64,000 nt of DNA from NCBI RefSeq assembly GCF_009914755.1, contig NC_060926.1. The stretch is one strand, 5' to 3'. The notes beneath the pieces are model-generated. The model did not search any database and was not told the origin of the DNA. It was given only the letters and a program-made list of their open reading frames with translations. Positions 1 through 17,107 of the stretch are shown here, piece by piece; the first letter of the stretch is position 1, and the number at the start of each line of letters is the position of its first letter. The position numbers and the translations under genes are program-made. The stretch comes from the human T2T-CHM13v2.0 reference genome, Homo sapiens.

Positions 1-339
1 AGCCTGAAAGGCCCATGGAAGATTGGGCAACAGTGGATTGCAGGACCAAAGTCTCAGGGCAGAAGTTCATCTAGTACCTCACAGTAGATATTCCTAATCC
101 AGCTGCCCAGTGCATTACACAGGGCAGGCTCTTTTCCAGGGCATAAAGGTGTTTTTTCTGTTGTTTTTTGTTTTTAATTCCCCTCCTGTTTTCTTTAGTT
201 TTGCTTTTGTTTTTTTATTTCTCTCTAGACTTTCCATGTACACTATGAATGCCAAGTGCTGTGAATACCAACCCATGCTTTCAAAGAGCCTGCTGCCTCA
301 GAGCATGTGATGTGGAACTTTCTGGTGGCCTCGGCGTGG

Positions 340-445
340 AGGTTCTCAACCTCAGCTGCACACTGTGTTTAGTTGGTCTGGAGCGAGATCTAGGCATCAG
401 TATATTTTTTAAGCTCCCCATGTGATTGTAATATGCAGCCAAGAA
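340..445. mobile_element. MER5-like hAT-Charlie MITE remnant
   Basis: ggttctcaacctcagctgcac...aagctccccatgtgattgtaatatgcagccaag. Confidence 0.55.
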
Positions 446-1422
446 TAAAAAAAAAAAACACTGGGCTAGGTCATTCCTGGCCGAGGTGAGGAGGTGGTGA
501 GATGGATTGGAAGGGGACCATGGCAAGGATTCTTAGGGGTGTCAAGGAGGAGATGAAAGGAGGACTCAGACAAGGGGATCTGGCAAGTTTTCAGAAATCA
601 CCTGCTGATGCCTTTTAAAGCTAATGCCATTATTGAATCTTAGTCATCCATTCATCCTCTACTCACCAGTGACTAATATTGATGTGTTTTAGACATATAA
701 AGATGAATTAAGACCCAGTCCCTGCCCTTAGGCGGCACACAGTAGGAGAGACAGACTCATGAACACATGGTGGTGTAATCAAAGTTAGTCATGGACTGTA
801 TATGTACTCAATTCTGGGGCCCACAGGGCACCCCATTCTGTGGGTAAGGGGCAAGCTCACCCCAATGTCAGGCATACTAGGAAGAGGCTAAAGCTAAAAT
901 ATCCAATGAGAGCCTGCAAGGAGGGCCTTGGACAGGGGAAAGACAAGAACTTCTTGGGCTTTCTGGGCTTCCTCTCCAGAGCCTGTGTCCTGAGAAGTCT
1001 GTGAAGTAGGTACACTCAAGGTTACTCTACTGGACAACTCCGGGGGTGTCATTCATTTGTATTTTATGAAAACACTGCCCACTAGAGTTGTGCACCTAGA
1101 TGGCATTGCGAGTGTGGTAAGAGAAGCTGACTCTGACCAGAGGGCTCCGGAAGGTGCCTCTGCCGTTTGATAAGGAAGCTCCTATGAGAAACACGGGAAC
1201 AGATCTATGCCTGTGGGCTCTGAGAACAGCCACATCCAGAAGCCAGGCAGAAGATCCTCTATTTTTCTTTCCGGTTTTCCCAGAGCCTTCAGTGAAGTAG
1301 AATTAAGAACAAGTCTGTGGCCACCCTTTGGGCTGGCATGGTTCCAGACACTGGCATCCTCTAGGGCCAGGGTAGTTGTGGCATCCCCAGAACTGCAGAG
1401 AGGCTCACCACAGCATGGGCAG

Positions 1423-1783
1423 GGCTATGGTTTGCACGTGTCTCCCAAAATTTCATGTGTTAAAAACTTAATCCTCAATGCAACAGTGTTGGGAGGTGGG
1501 ACCTAGTAAGAGGTGACTGGGTCAGGAGAGCAAAGCCCTCATGAATGGATTAACATCATTATTAAAAGAGTGGGTTGTTACAAAGCAAGTCTGGCTCCTG
1601 GTGCCTGTTGGTCTTCAGTGCTCACTTCTGCCTTCACCCTTCCACCATGGGATGACCCTCACCTATTGTCAGTGGCATGCTCTTGGATTGCCCAGCCTCC
1701 AGAACTATAAACTGAATAAATCTCTTTTCTTTTAAGTTATACTGTGGTTTTCTGCTGAAGCAGCAGCACAGTGAACTAAGACA
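1423..1783 (+). mobile_element. MST-family MaLR solo LTR
   Basis: (t)gctatggtttg...aataaatctcttttc...aactaagaca; 5-bp TSD ggcag 1418-1422/1784-1788. Confidence 0.85.
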
Positions 1784-1931
1784 GGCAGTGACCCAGAGGG
1801 ATGAGGTCCCATGACTGAGACCTCACCCAATCACCCACAGAAATATACTAGATGGAAGGGAGGCTAGAAAGGGGAGTTGAGGTCCTGCCACCATGCTGGT
1901 GGGGATGTGTAGCCCATGGGCTTGGGTTTAA

Positions 1932-2363
<432 letters not shown>

Positions 2364-3857
2364 TGACAGGGAAGGAGTTGGCCATGGCCTCTATTGCATT
2401 ATCCATTGTTCATTCCCATAAAAACAAAGGGATATCTTTCAATATCTAGGCAATGCAAAAACCTTGCCTTCCAAATAAGGTCTAACCTCTCTGATTCAAC
2501 TTATCAAATAGCTAGCTCTACAGCCAAGGGTAAAACAAAGAGACCTCAGCTTTGGGCTGCAGGATTCAGCTTCCCAGATGGGAGGTGAGAGCTTGCTGGG
2601 CAAGTTCCTCCTCCATCTCCCACTAGTTCACTTTGACCTTCCTTTGATGGTCAAACCCATTTCTCCCAACCACCAGCATGATTCTGATCACTGTTTGGGT
2701 CAACCTGCTGACTCCTTCTCCACTTGGTCCCCTGCAAGAAAGCAGTGTGAAGCCTCTGGGCTTGTTGATTCAATAATCATCTTTATACTATACTTACTTA
2801 GGAAAAAAATGTCTTTGTGAGAAAAGACAGACAACAGACACCATGCCTGATACAGCGTCAGAAAGAAGCACTGTTTATTCAACTGACTTGATTAGTGAGT
2901 GCCAGACAGCTATTAGAACAAAAATCATGTTTTGGGGCAACAAAATCATGCTTTGGGTCTATTTGTGTCATGGCAAGCCTCCACAGAGTACCCAGATAAT
3001 GCTTGTTATCGTCACCCATATTAGCCAAATGTTTGGATAAATAAAGATGTTGTATGAAATTCCCTATCTGTTGCTTTAACATAAATTCACATGGAGTGGT
3101 ACACTGGTGAGTCATGTTCCATTTCATGGCTATATGGTTTCCATGGCCAAAAAAATGAGAAGAGGGCTTCCTTGGGCTGGGAATCTGTGTAAGAATGTGC
3201 TTGCTTAATCTGCTGCCCTCCTGTTTGCCTCCTCTGTGTACATACACCAGGTCCACCCCCAAGCCTATGGTTCATTGCACATTAGGTGACCTAATCCTTG
3301 AGTGGTTGCTGGAATTGTCCACCTGGGGCTAGTGTTTACTCTAAATAGACCCACTACACACACAGGTCAGAAGCCAACACAAGTGAGCCTTGGGCATGCC
3401 CATCCCGTTGACAGCCGCTTTCTTAGATCATCTACCTTTGTTTCCACTAGGCTCTGACTCCTTGCTCCATTTTGGTGTCTAGCTGGCTTGAAACCCTTTG
3501 GGCTTTGTGTCTTGTTCCCAGGCCCTGGTTGAGTATGATCTAATTCTGTGTCCTTGCATTTGACTGTCAGCAGTGGGCTGGTACCAGCCCTGAAGCTCCC
3601 TTGTAACCATACCCCAGCCTATCAGCATCAGTGAGGCCCCTCCAACTCTCCTACTGGACAAGTTCTGGTTTCCCTCATGGACGAGGGTTGAACAAAAATG
3701 AAAGATAAGTCAGTTGTTATGACTAGAAAAAGTGATTACCAGGCCCTCCCTAGAATCCCACCTCTTTCAGAGATATCCAAGTACAACACAGAGAACCAGA
3801 AGTGGCCAATTCATTTTGCCAATCAGGCTACATAGACTCATGAGTCACCTAAGATAG

Positions 3858-4243
<386 letters not shown>

Positions 4244-4434
4244 ACTGACAATACTAGGAACATTTCTAAGATTCAAGGAAGAATCAAATAATCCAGTTCT
4301 TAAAAAGGCTTGGATGCAGCTGAAATTCACAAACAGCTAAAACCAGGAGCTACATCTCTGCCAGTCTCTGCTTCTTCCTACAGGAGGTCAAGTTCCTACT
4401 CATCTCTAAAGTCCAGCTTTCTCTTCACAGTTGA

Positions 4435-4798
<364 letters not shown>

Positions 4799-5334
4799 TA
4801 GCTTCTGGCTATTTCATCTTGCAGGTTCATCCACCGGAGAGAGGACCTCCACCCCCGCTCTCCTCTAGTCAGCCATCCTAAACCCTCAGAAGGAGCCATT
4901 GGTCCACCTTGTAATACGACTGCTTCTACTGCAGTCCCTTGATGGGGGCGAAGGTGCAGCACGACATGACAGTCCCAAAGGAAGGGAACTGCTGCAAAGG
5001 GCCAGAATAGGTGAGATTTATCACCTCATCTTGGTTCTCAGTTCCACCAATCCCAGCCCCATCCAGCAAAACAAGAATTCCCCTGTTGTGTTCAAGCTAT
5101 GTCCAAAGATGAAGGCTACAGTCTGTTTTCCACAAACCACTTTTGGAATCCTTACCAAGTATTGGCTTGCAATACAAAGGATCCCTTCTCTATTACTATG
5201 TAACTAAAAAAAAAAAAAAATTGAGCTGCCCCATCTGAAAAGTCCCTGTGTCTTAGAAAAAGGCTTTGTTCTGTATTCTGGATGAGGCCAATCCTCAACA
5301 AAAGGCAATATAACAGAGAGGTTAACTTCACAGC

Positions 5335-5525
5335 TTCTGGAGTTAATTTAGGGATCAGTTCAAATCCCTGCTCCAACAGTTATAGGTGTATGACACACAG
5401 CCTCGGCTTTACTCTCTATAAATGAAGATAACTGATAGTCACTTCCTGGTGTTGGTATGAGGATAATTTGGGGCAAGGCATGAAGAGCACTTAGCATGGC
5501 ACCCGGGACACAAAAGACCTTTAAT
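5335..5525 (+). mobile_element. MIR remnant
   Basis: gttcaaatcc...gttggtatgaggata...gagcacttagcatggcacc. Confidence 0.5.
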
Positions 5526-5759
5526 GACACTGGATAGACTTGGTCTTCAGTGATGTCCTCTGCCTTTTTCTGCCATCTTCCCCCTCCTGCCATTCCCCAG
5601 GGAATCCAAGGCTCTGCCTCCAGGAACAGATGTTTCCCACCTGTTCCTCTTCCATATGACTTTGCAATGGATCTTCATGAAACATACACTCCCACCCCAA
5701 TCTAAGACCCTTCATGTCTTGTTAAAACAGTGAAGATAAAGTTAAACTTCCCTAGAGTG

Positions 5760-6200
5760 GGCCCCAAGGCTACTTTCAATTTGGACCCTGCCTGCCTCTC
5801 CTACCTTGCAGTGTCTCCTTAAAAAAATCTCACCATGCTAGATCACTTGCTATTTCTCAGATATGTCATGCTCTTTTACCACAATGCATGACTGCAAACA
5901 CTGTCCCCTCTTCCTGGAAAGCCCCTTCCCTGGCTAGCTCCAACTAGCCTAACCAGTTTTCATGATGTTTGTGATCAGGGGATTCCCAGAAACTTTTGCT
6001 GACCCCAACCCCCATTTCGAGTTAGACAAGCTTCCTCTGGCTCCATTCATGCCCACGTTTCCCTCTATCAGAGTCCTTATTACACTGTATTTGCTTGTAT
6101 GTCTTTGTTATTAAATTCTGCTCTTCTTGAGAACAAGACTACATTTCCAGCATGAAGCACAGAGCCTGGCATAAAGGTAATGTTCAATAAAGTGTGATTG
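5760..6200 (+). mobile_element. L2 3' remnant
   Basis: Ends gcacagagcctggcataaaggtaatgttcaataaa, typical L2 3' end. Confidence 0.55.
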
Positions 6201-7231
6201 TCTGAAACACCAATGAGTATATTTAGGAAGCCATGTGTCCTGGTAAGAATGAAGATGAAATGTACAGTCCTTTTCCTCTTGTAGCTAAGTGAGTCACTGG
6301 GTACAAAACCCATGACCTTGCCCACAACACTCCAACTGGCACTTTCAGCTGCTTCATGGGAAACAGAATTCAACACTGCATGTAAAATACTGGATTTTAA
6401 ATCCAGAAGCCTACCTGCAAAGTCCCTCTTTCTTGTGATCTTGGTCAAAATGCTTAGCCTTGTTTGTCTTGCCTATGAACAATTTTTTTTAATACTTGGC
6501 TATAGAAAATAAATACAATTATGCCTATAAAATTAAAAAGTATCTTTGATGTTTTTTTCCTACATGGCATTGTCATGGCTGCTATTGAAAAGATGACAAT
6601 TATCCCAACCTCTAAGCCAAAGTTAGTCCTTGTTCCTGAATACCATCAAGTCATTGTCTGTTACAAGGAAACACTAGACATATTTTGTGCTTTTCTGGTG
6701 TCTGAGTATTGCATCTCAAGTGGAGGCCTGGGTCTTTTGTATATGTCTTGTATCTCTCATGACTTTTTATAGTATTCACTAGAGCCCGACTGTGGCCCAG
6801 AGCTGTCCTCAGAGGCTATGCTGTGGGACAAGGCCACAAGCAAAACTATAATGAGCTCTTCCTGGTGTTGCCAGAAAAAAGAACTCTTGGATAAGGTCAA
6901 CGAATCTGTCCTTACAAAGATCTCTGTGTTTTCACAGGTCAGCCTCTAGTGAGGTAAGTAATAAAAAGGAAAAGCTGAAAATAACTGCAAGAACAAGGGT
7001 TGCATTATTCATCTGTAAGGATTACATATTGGGTTTTAAGGATGCATATATTAAACATTGCTAAGCTTCATCCTGTCTATAATTATTAACACGTTGCTGA
7101 GGGACTCATGGTAATTATCATCTGGGAATCCCACTCAGATACTGCACAACTCTAAAAAGGTGGACTAATTCCTAAGGTAAGGCAATGTTGAGCAGGAATG
7201 TCAAAGTGAGCAGCATATAAAATAATAAGGT

Positions 7232-7622
<391 letters not shown>

Positions 7623-7739
7623 TCACACATTTCTTAACTTTATACTGTTACTAATGGAGCAATCTGTGGTTAGCGTCCCCTAGATAACCAACATATAGAA
7701 GCCAGAATGTAACTGAGACAGAAGTCAGCAAGCCTTTGT

Positions 7740-7975
7740 TCATTGCACAAACATTTAGGAAGCACTCACTGAGTGCCTGGCACAGCAGCAGGTCTATTAA
7801 GATAAGTTCCTGGCCCCAAGGGGGAGGTAGACGTGTAAACCAGTGATGTGATAAGGGCAGCGTTCCGTGTGTACACAGAGCATCAGGACAGCCCCAAGAA
7901 AGGAGTGGCTAATTCTTCCTGGGAACATTGAAAAGGATATCTTCGAGGACGTGGGTTTTAAACTAAGTCTTGAGA
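7740..7975 (-). mobile_element. L2 remnant
   Basis: caaacattta...cactgagtgcctggcacag, reverse of L2 3' end. Confidence 0.45.
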
Positions 7976-8774
7976 AGCTCCTTTGGCTGAGAAGTGAGGA
8001 AAGGGCATTTCAGATGAAAGAGTAAAGCAAGAGCTATTGAACCCCTGCTCACCAGGAGCCAAAATGGGGCCCTCCAAAGCAAGTTGGCCAGGAGCCTTAA
8101 AGCCAGGCTGAACAGGAGTCGGGAGAGCCAGAGAGGAGTGCCAGTCAAGCCCTTTAGAGACCTGGGAGGTCAACATAGACAAATCCAGGTCAGATGGCAA
8201 CAGAGTCAAAAGATCAGAAGCAGGTAGAGCAGGAACAAAGAGGTGGGCTGCAGGAGACGGAGGCTCCTGTTTATTGGTGGCAGCCACTTCGTGGGTGGGT
8301 CTGGTTTAAAAGCGCAGGGCCAGAATAGACAAGTTTCTAGGCACAGAGCTGGGTGTTTGGGGAACCGTAAGCATTCAGCAGAACAGGAGCAAGTGTTCTT
8401 GAGGAAGCAGAGAGGCAGGAGGAGAGCCCAAAAATTGGGGCAGGAGCCAATCGTGGAAGGTCTTGGCTGTTAGCTGAGGAAGTGGGGAATGATTATGTTA
8501 CCTTAAGCTGGGGAGTGATGCAGAGTCTATTATGACCCACCTCGCCTGGTCTGGTATGTTTATCTTGCTATCTCACGTGTATCTATCCACAACAGTGCAA
8601 TAAATGCTAAATTTGAAGGAAAAAAAAAAAAGAAACTCACAAGAACATATTCAACTTCTGTGAATTATTTTCATAAAATAAGGGCAGACCATGCTCTATA
8701 ATGCTGAGTCCAGTGGTTTTCAACCCTGACTGCATATTAGAATCACCTAGTGAGCTTTTCAAGATTATAATGAG

Positions 8775-9325
<551 letters not shown>

Positions 9326-10547
9326 ATAGGAACCTGGACCCCATCCTAGACCAATTACATCAGAATCTTTGAAGGAAGGGGCAGTCCTGGCATCCGTGTA
9401 TTTCCAAAACTCCTCCAAGAATTCTAATGTACAACTGGCGTTAGGAACTGATAATCAAAAATGGCAGAGAAAGGAAAAGGAGTTTTGTTACTTTTCCCTA
9501 ATCAGCATGAGAATACAACATAGTAGAAATGAGAAAAGTCAGCAATTTGCAGGCTATAAAGACTCAAGGCTGGATTTCATGGCATTAATCTGAGAGAGCC
9601 AGTTTAACATCTTTTAAAAGAATGTGTGTTTTCTTCTGCTCCCAAAGTGCCAAGCTTTCAAGAAATGCATATCTTTTCATTATCCCTGTTTGGAAACCAG
9701 GACAACAGATGGCAGGATAATGGATTGTGTCGGCTCAAGTGAGAGTTGCTTTAATTTGTGAGATATCAAATTCATATTGACTGTGGGGACAGGCTGATAT
9801 GATTTATTTCAAATGGAAATGGAGCCTTCATGGGCTCTGTCTTTGTCCATTACCATAAGACAAAGTCTCACCTTCATAGGTGAGACATATTGGATTGCCA
9901 TTGATAGAAACTGTTTGCAGGGGCTGCAAGAGGTAGCTCTTGTTCTCAGTGACTAAGTGTTGGAGAATCTCCAGATGCCCAACCAGGAAGCCTGAACTTC
10001 ACAGCAGTGAGGGCTCCCACCCAGCACCCCGCTCCTCCAGATCAGTCAGCAAAGTACAAAGGAAGCCTTGTTTATATTTATTTTTCTTTGCGGTTAACAC
10101 TTTATATATTCCTACATGTACTCTCAAAAATGCAGCATGACATTTTGAAAAGAAAACGCAATAGGTGCAACCCATTCATTCCTGAAAGAAATTATCTTCA
10201 GGGACAAGAAACAGATCCTGCTTGCGGCTCTTGGCAATCCCTCTTCAGCATAGCAGTGTGAAACCCTGAGCCAACAATCAGTCGGAGGCTGCTTGCTGCC
10301 AGAAGTGCTCCTACCTCCTGGCGAGGGTGGCTTAGAGAAAATCCCCAACCTCAGTGGGAAAGATAGAGCAAAAGGAGAAGGAGCCGAGGGAAGAACAGGA
10401 AAGGCTAAAAGGCAAGCAGTGATTGTCCCCTTCCTGGAAAGAGGTAAAGAGTAGAGCCAAGCCTCAATGGCCAGGCACCTGCTATCTCACTCTGACCTAG
10501 CAATGCTTAATGACATTTGGAGAAGTGTCAATGATATGAAATTGGCC

Positions 10548-10928
10548 TGATATGGTTTGGCTGTCTCCCCACCCAAATCTCATCTTGAATTGTAGTTTCC
10601 ATAATCCCCAGGTGTCATGGGAGAGACCCAGTGGGAGGTAATTTAATCATGGGGGCAGTTACCCTCATGCTGTTCTCCTAATAGTGAGTGAGTTCTCACA
10701 AGGTCTGATGATTTTATAAGGGGCTTTTATAAGTGCCCTTTTGCTCGGCACTTCTCCTTGCTGCCTACATGTGAAGAAAGACGTGTTTGCCTCCCCTTGC
10801 ACCATGATTGTAAGTTTCCTGAGCCCTCCCTAGCCCTGTGGAACTATGAGTCAATTAAACCTCTTTCCTTTATAAATTACTCAGTCTCAGGTATGTCTTT
10901 ATTAGCAGCATGAGGACGAACTAATACA
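10548..10928 (+). mobile_element. THE1 (THE1C-like) MaLR solo LTR
   Basis: tgatatggtttggctgt...attaaacctctttcctttataaattac...ctaataca; flanks tggcc/gggcc. Confidence 0.92.
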
Positions 10929-11081
10929 GGGCCTTAGCAATCTTCTAGTTCAGAACTCCCAATTTACAGTTGAGAAAATGAGGCCAGAGAAATAACTGAC
11001 TTGCCTAAGATAGTGAAATAAATCCAGAGCAGTGTTCAGAATTCAGGTCTTCTGATTCTCAAATCCTTTCACTTTGTATCC

Positions 11082-11226
11082 CCAGTAGATTTCAACCTTG
11101 GCTTCACATTATAAATTCCTAGAGAGCTTTCATAAAAACAAAACAAAACAAAAAAATACTCAGCCCCAGTATTGGTGGTCTGGGGTACTTTATAGCTCCC
11201 CAGGTGATTGTCACTGAGAACCCCTG
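11082..11226. mobile_element. MER5-like remnant
   Basis: cagtagatttcaaccttggc...agctccccaggtgatt...tgagaacccctg. Confidence 0.5.
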
Positions 11227-11264
11227 TATGCTGGCCTAGCCTGACTCAGTGGTCTGTTCCATTT

Positions 11265-11925
11265 CGCACCATAATGAGCCAAGCCTTGTGCTAAGGACTG
11301 GAGCTGTGAAAATGAATCAACTTGCTTCTGAAGCTGCTCAGCATGTGGCAGAGGAGCATGCTGTGAAGAGCTCATTCCAACAGCAGCGTGATGAGTAACA
11401 CTATCAACATAAATAAGTAATAGCAGTGATTAAGTCTGTATGGGAAGGTTGAGGGAGGTGGCATTTGAATCCACATTTAAAGGATGAATGGAAGTTTGTT
11501 GAGAGGACAGGATGCAGAAGCATTTTCCAGAGAGAGGGAATAGCATGGACAAAGACCTGAAGGCATGAACAACACAGCGTGTTTGTAGTTTAGTTTATCT
11601 AAAGCAAGGTGCAAGGTAGGAGCCGTGGAATCAGAGCTATGGAGGTAGGTAAGGGCTGGGTCACACAGGGCCTGATAGTAGAAGCCATTCTAAGGGTTGG
11701 GGATTATCCTGAAATGATTGTAAGCACTGAGATATGCTATGCAGAAAAATGATAAAGTAAAACTTGTAACGGGAAAAGAACCCTAATGGTGGTGTCGAAA
11801 TGAATCGGAAGGGGAAGAAGCCAGAAACAGGAGGAGCAGTTGAGAGAGGAGGTGAAGAGATGATGAGGGTCTGAATGAGCTGGCAATGTGGACTGACAGC
11901 AGAGGACAAATTAGCTGTGTCCCTA
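11265..11925 (-). mobile_element. L2 remnant
   Basis: gaggtggcatttga...gcattttccagagagagggaatagcatggacaaagacctga. Confidence 0.6.
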
Positions 11926-11926
11926 A

Positions 11927-12261
<335 letters not shown>

Positions 12262-12332
12262 AGCCATTGCATTTAGAGAGTAGAATTGATAGGAGACAGA
12301 CGGTAGATTAGCCGAAGGGTAGAAAGGTCTAA

Positions 12333-12711
<379 letters not shown>

Positions 12712-12799
12712 CAAAAATCTAGTTTTTTAATGAAGGAAGGAGTAAAGTTCAGCAAGTCCATGCTCCATGTCCTGAACAGTAGGAGGCATGTTGCCTCCC

Positions 12800-13120
12800 G
12801 AGAATAGTCTTCTTTCTCATCTGCATGGTAAATTACCATTCCTCCAAAACTCTGTTCAAAGTCAGCTGCTCTGGGAAGATGTCCTTGGCCCCTAGAGCCA
12901 TGGGATGGGTGCCCACAGCACCTCTATATTCCTATAAGTATTAAGAGAATTGTCCCATGGCATCAGTAGTTATGACTTTACACATGCACCCTTTTCCCCA
13001 ACCCATTGCTGACACACAAACTCTTTTAAGACAGGGGCACTGTTTTTTTTTTATTGTCTCCTGTCCTAACACAATGCATAGAAAAAATACTTGATAAAAC
13101 CTCACTGAATGAATGAATGT
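12800..13120 (+). mobile_element. L2 3' remnant
   Basis: Ends in tgaatgaatgaatg L2 tail. Confidence 0.5.
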
Positions 13121-14669
13121 CAAAGGCTGAATTCATGAATTCTAGGGACGTGTTCTACAATAGTAATGATGATGATGCTTCTAGGACACTGCAATCTCTC
13201 CCTCATAAGTGAGCACCTCGGATTTAACTGTCCAGCATCATTTGGAGCACAGGGCGGAGGATTATACCGAGGAACCACACCCATGTCATTTGAATTGTCC
13301 ACAAGACCACTATAAGGACTTTCCAGGACCATCACAAGGCTGCAAACCGCATTTGAAGTGCTGCTTCTGGGGCATTCTTTCCAAAGAGCCTTTTAGCAGG
13401 GCAGGGAGTGAAAGGTGAGGACAAGCCTAGGAAATACATAATCCAAGGCTAGGGAGATAGAAGCTTAATATTTACTGCCGTGCCTGGGAAAAGTGAGGCT
13501 TGTCGTTGTCATCTGGGCAATTCTCCCTCGGACTAGCTCCTCTCTGTGGCCTCCTGGGGTAACTAATGTCTTCCAGCAGCACTTCTTGCTCCAGGAATCT
13601 GGAATCTTAGCTGAGTGCTATGAAGACGGTTCTGATTAATTGATACACTTAAGGTATGCACTATCGGTTGCTATCCTAATCCTCCCAGGAGATTACCTTT
13701 TCAAAGCGCTGGAAGATTAACGAGAATTTCAGATGCCGTAGCAATTTGAAGGGAAAAAATTGTGGCCTCCACAGTGCCAGCTTGCCTGCCATGAGGGAGA
13801 CATATTTGAGAGTCCTTCAGCTCCCTGTGGGCTGTACATCCAAGCAAGAAAGTCCAGATCTTGCATCTGAGTTGGCAACTGAAGGAAGAGACCTTGAATC
13901 AGCACAGCAGTCAGAATTCTGCTTGAGGGCAGCTTTGCTGAAACTAAAAGGAACAACTTTATCTAGAACAGTCTCTCTGCACATTCGCTTTCCCCTGTGG
14001 CAGTTGCGATGTTAGATTAAGTCTATGTATATGTAGGGCAGAAGCGAAGTGCAGGAGGGGGTGGAGAGAATGATGGGAAAGAAAAGGCTCCTTCTAAACA
14101 CACATGTATGTCAGCATTACCAGGTGCTCTGCTGAAACCGGTAGGATGAACACCTTCCGAACAGGCTGCATTCCTCCCGAGGAAACTGAAGAGTGTAACC
14201 TCACAGTGAAATTCCCCCCAAGTCTTTGGCTCTGCAGGAAGCTTCTGGCTATTTTTCAGGAGATGCGTTTGCTGCAGGAGGAGGTATGGAGGTTGGGCAA
14301 GGCAGGCCTGGTAGGGCTGGCCCAGGCTGTCTCTCTCAGACAAGTCTAGACTCAGGACTGTCATGCTACCTGGAAATGAGTTCTGGTAGGAATGTCCAGG
14401 CAGAAAAGCTGCTCTTCTTGGGAAAGTTGTCAGCTTTAAATTACCTAGAGAAATTCTGGGGTGGAGGCTCAGCTTGGCACCCTTAAGGTAGTTGCAAATA
14501 AGGGGTGAAAGAAACGCTGAGGACAAGTTTAAAACAAGTTAGTCAAAATGAAAAACACGACATCTGCATCTAGAGTTTCTGTAGCACCTATTGATCAGAT
14601 GGGTCAATGTGTTCTTTCAGGGTAATGCTTGGAAGCCTTCACAGGCTTTTTCTCCATCAGGTTGCTTGA

Positions 14670-15017
<348 letters not shown>

Positions 15018-16419
15018 TAAGGCTAGATTCTTATTGCCCTAGACCTTAAGTCTGACTGCCAGCATTACTGGACCGGGGCCTCACTATTGACCATTTGAGT
15101 TTTCAGTAAAAACATCCCTGTGTCCCCAGATTATATTTTTTCCTACTCTGATTTTAGAAGGAGCTTCTTGCCTCTGTCTCTCCAGATTTAGCTATAGAAT
15201 TTTCCTACCTCAACATGAAGTCCTCCCAGACTCTAACCCCAGAACATTCAGCATCATCTAAAGCCTCCAAAAGAGACCATCCCCAAAATAGGGTTCTGGG
15301 TGGATCCAAGGTTTTATTTAGCAGCTCCTCTTTTTTCCAGGTCACTACCTACCAAACAGAAAGGCCATTTTTCCAAATGGCCTTGAAGCTTTCCCTAAAT
15401 GTCTCCTTCTGGATTGGTTTGGCAAACATTATCTAAGTATCCGTCATATGCCAGCCACTTTGCTAGACATTGGGAATACAAAGACAGTAAGACTAGAGAG
15501 AGGAAATAGCAAGCTCGAAGGTTCTTTTCTCTGCTAGGAGTGGAGGACTAACCATAAAGTCTGACAGCTCTTAAAGATAGCTTCAACTGAATGGTCTCAG
15601 ATGGTTTTACATCCCAGATTTTTCTGGGGCTCACTTGCTACCGTCACGGCAATTAGTCTTCTGAGTGTTGCCCCACTGACAACTAAGCCAAGCTCTACTG
15701 CAGTTTTTCTCCTGGCACAAATACATATCTTTGATCCTGGAGGAAAGGTGTCAAAGAAGAGGAAGCAGGTGGTGGGGAAGGCCAAGCCACCCCATGCATT
15801 CTGCCTGTAATTTGGCAGTGCCGCCATCTGTTGGTTTTTTCATATGTCCAAAGCCTGCAACTGCAGTCTTCATGTCCTTCCCTTTCCCTGCAGAAATGGG
15901 TCAGGAATATACAACTACGCTAAAACCAGTCTGAGAGTCTTGACCCACTTTTGAGAGTTTCCAGACCAGTGCAGCTGAAGCTATCCTGCAGCTGTGCCCT
16001 TAAGAGAATGATGCAGGCAGCCGGGTTCGTCTTTCTCTGAGCTGCCATGGGGAAGGTGTGGTCTTTGTTTCTGAACATGTTTCTTTATTGCCAGAGTCTG
16101 AAGACTTGGAGGAATTATTGCAAAACAGCTCACCTTCCCTCTTCCCTGGGAACACAGGTTGAAGGAAACATCAAAGTCTTAAAGAGCCATTACATTCAGA
16201 GCAAGAGTAATCAATGGGCATTTTCATTCCCTTCCTTTACAGTTGGTACCAGTCTTCAGTTCTCAGCCTGTAGGCCCCTGACATGGGGCACTACTCTGTA
16301 CAGTTCCAGAAACCAACAACAGCCATTTAGCAGGAGTGTTGAAACTGCAGATTGTTCTCCACTGTTCTTCACTGTGGCTGTGTTTGGAACTACCAAATAC
16401 TAATCCTCAGAACTTGGTC

Positions 16420-16630
16420 TTGGACCTGGTTATAAATCTCATTCCTGCAACTCTGAACAGTGTGATCTTGGGAGAGTTACTTAATTTTTCTGAGTCTCAG
16501 TTTTTCTTATCTATAAAATGAAGTTAGTAATAGTATGGACTTCATATAACGTATGTGATGATTAAATTACAGAGCACATGTAATGTGTGTAGCACAATGC
16601 GTGGTACATAACTAGGCCTCAACAAATGGC
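16420..16630 (+). mobile_element. MIR
   Basis: MIR core gtgtgatcttgggagagttacttaat...tctgagtctcagttt...ctataaaatg. Confidence 0.75.
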
Positions 16631-16743
16631 CCAACAATGTGTTGTTGGTCTAGGGTGGGAGACAGTAATCTCCCTTTGACTGTCATTATCTTTTGACTGG
16701 GAAGATTGGGTAGGCAACAATGTTGCCTGTTTGCTGTACTTAG

Positions 16744-17107
<364 letters not shown>

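Noticed and set aside
2917-2959. Diverged 22-bp tandem duplication aacaaaa(a)tcatg..ttggg
   Set aside because: Ordinary old slippage duplication with no functional cue.
14023-14526. 167-aa minus-strand ORF
   Set aside because: Non-ATG start, no recognisable homology.
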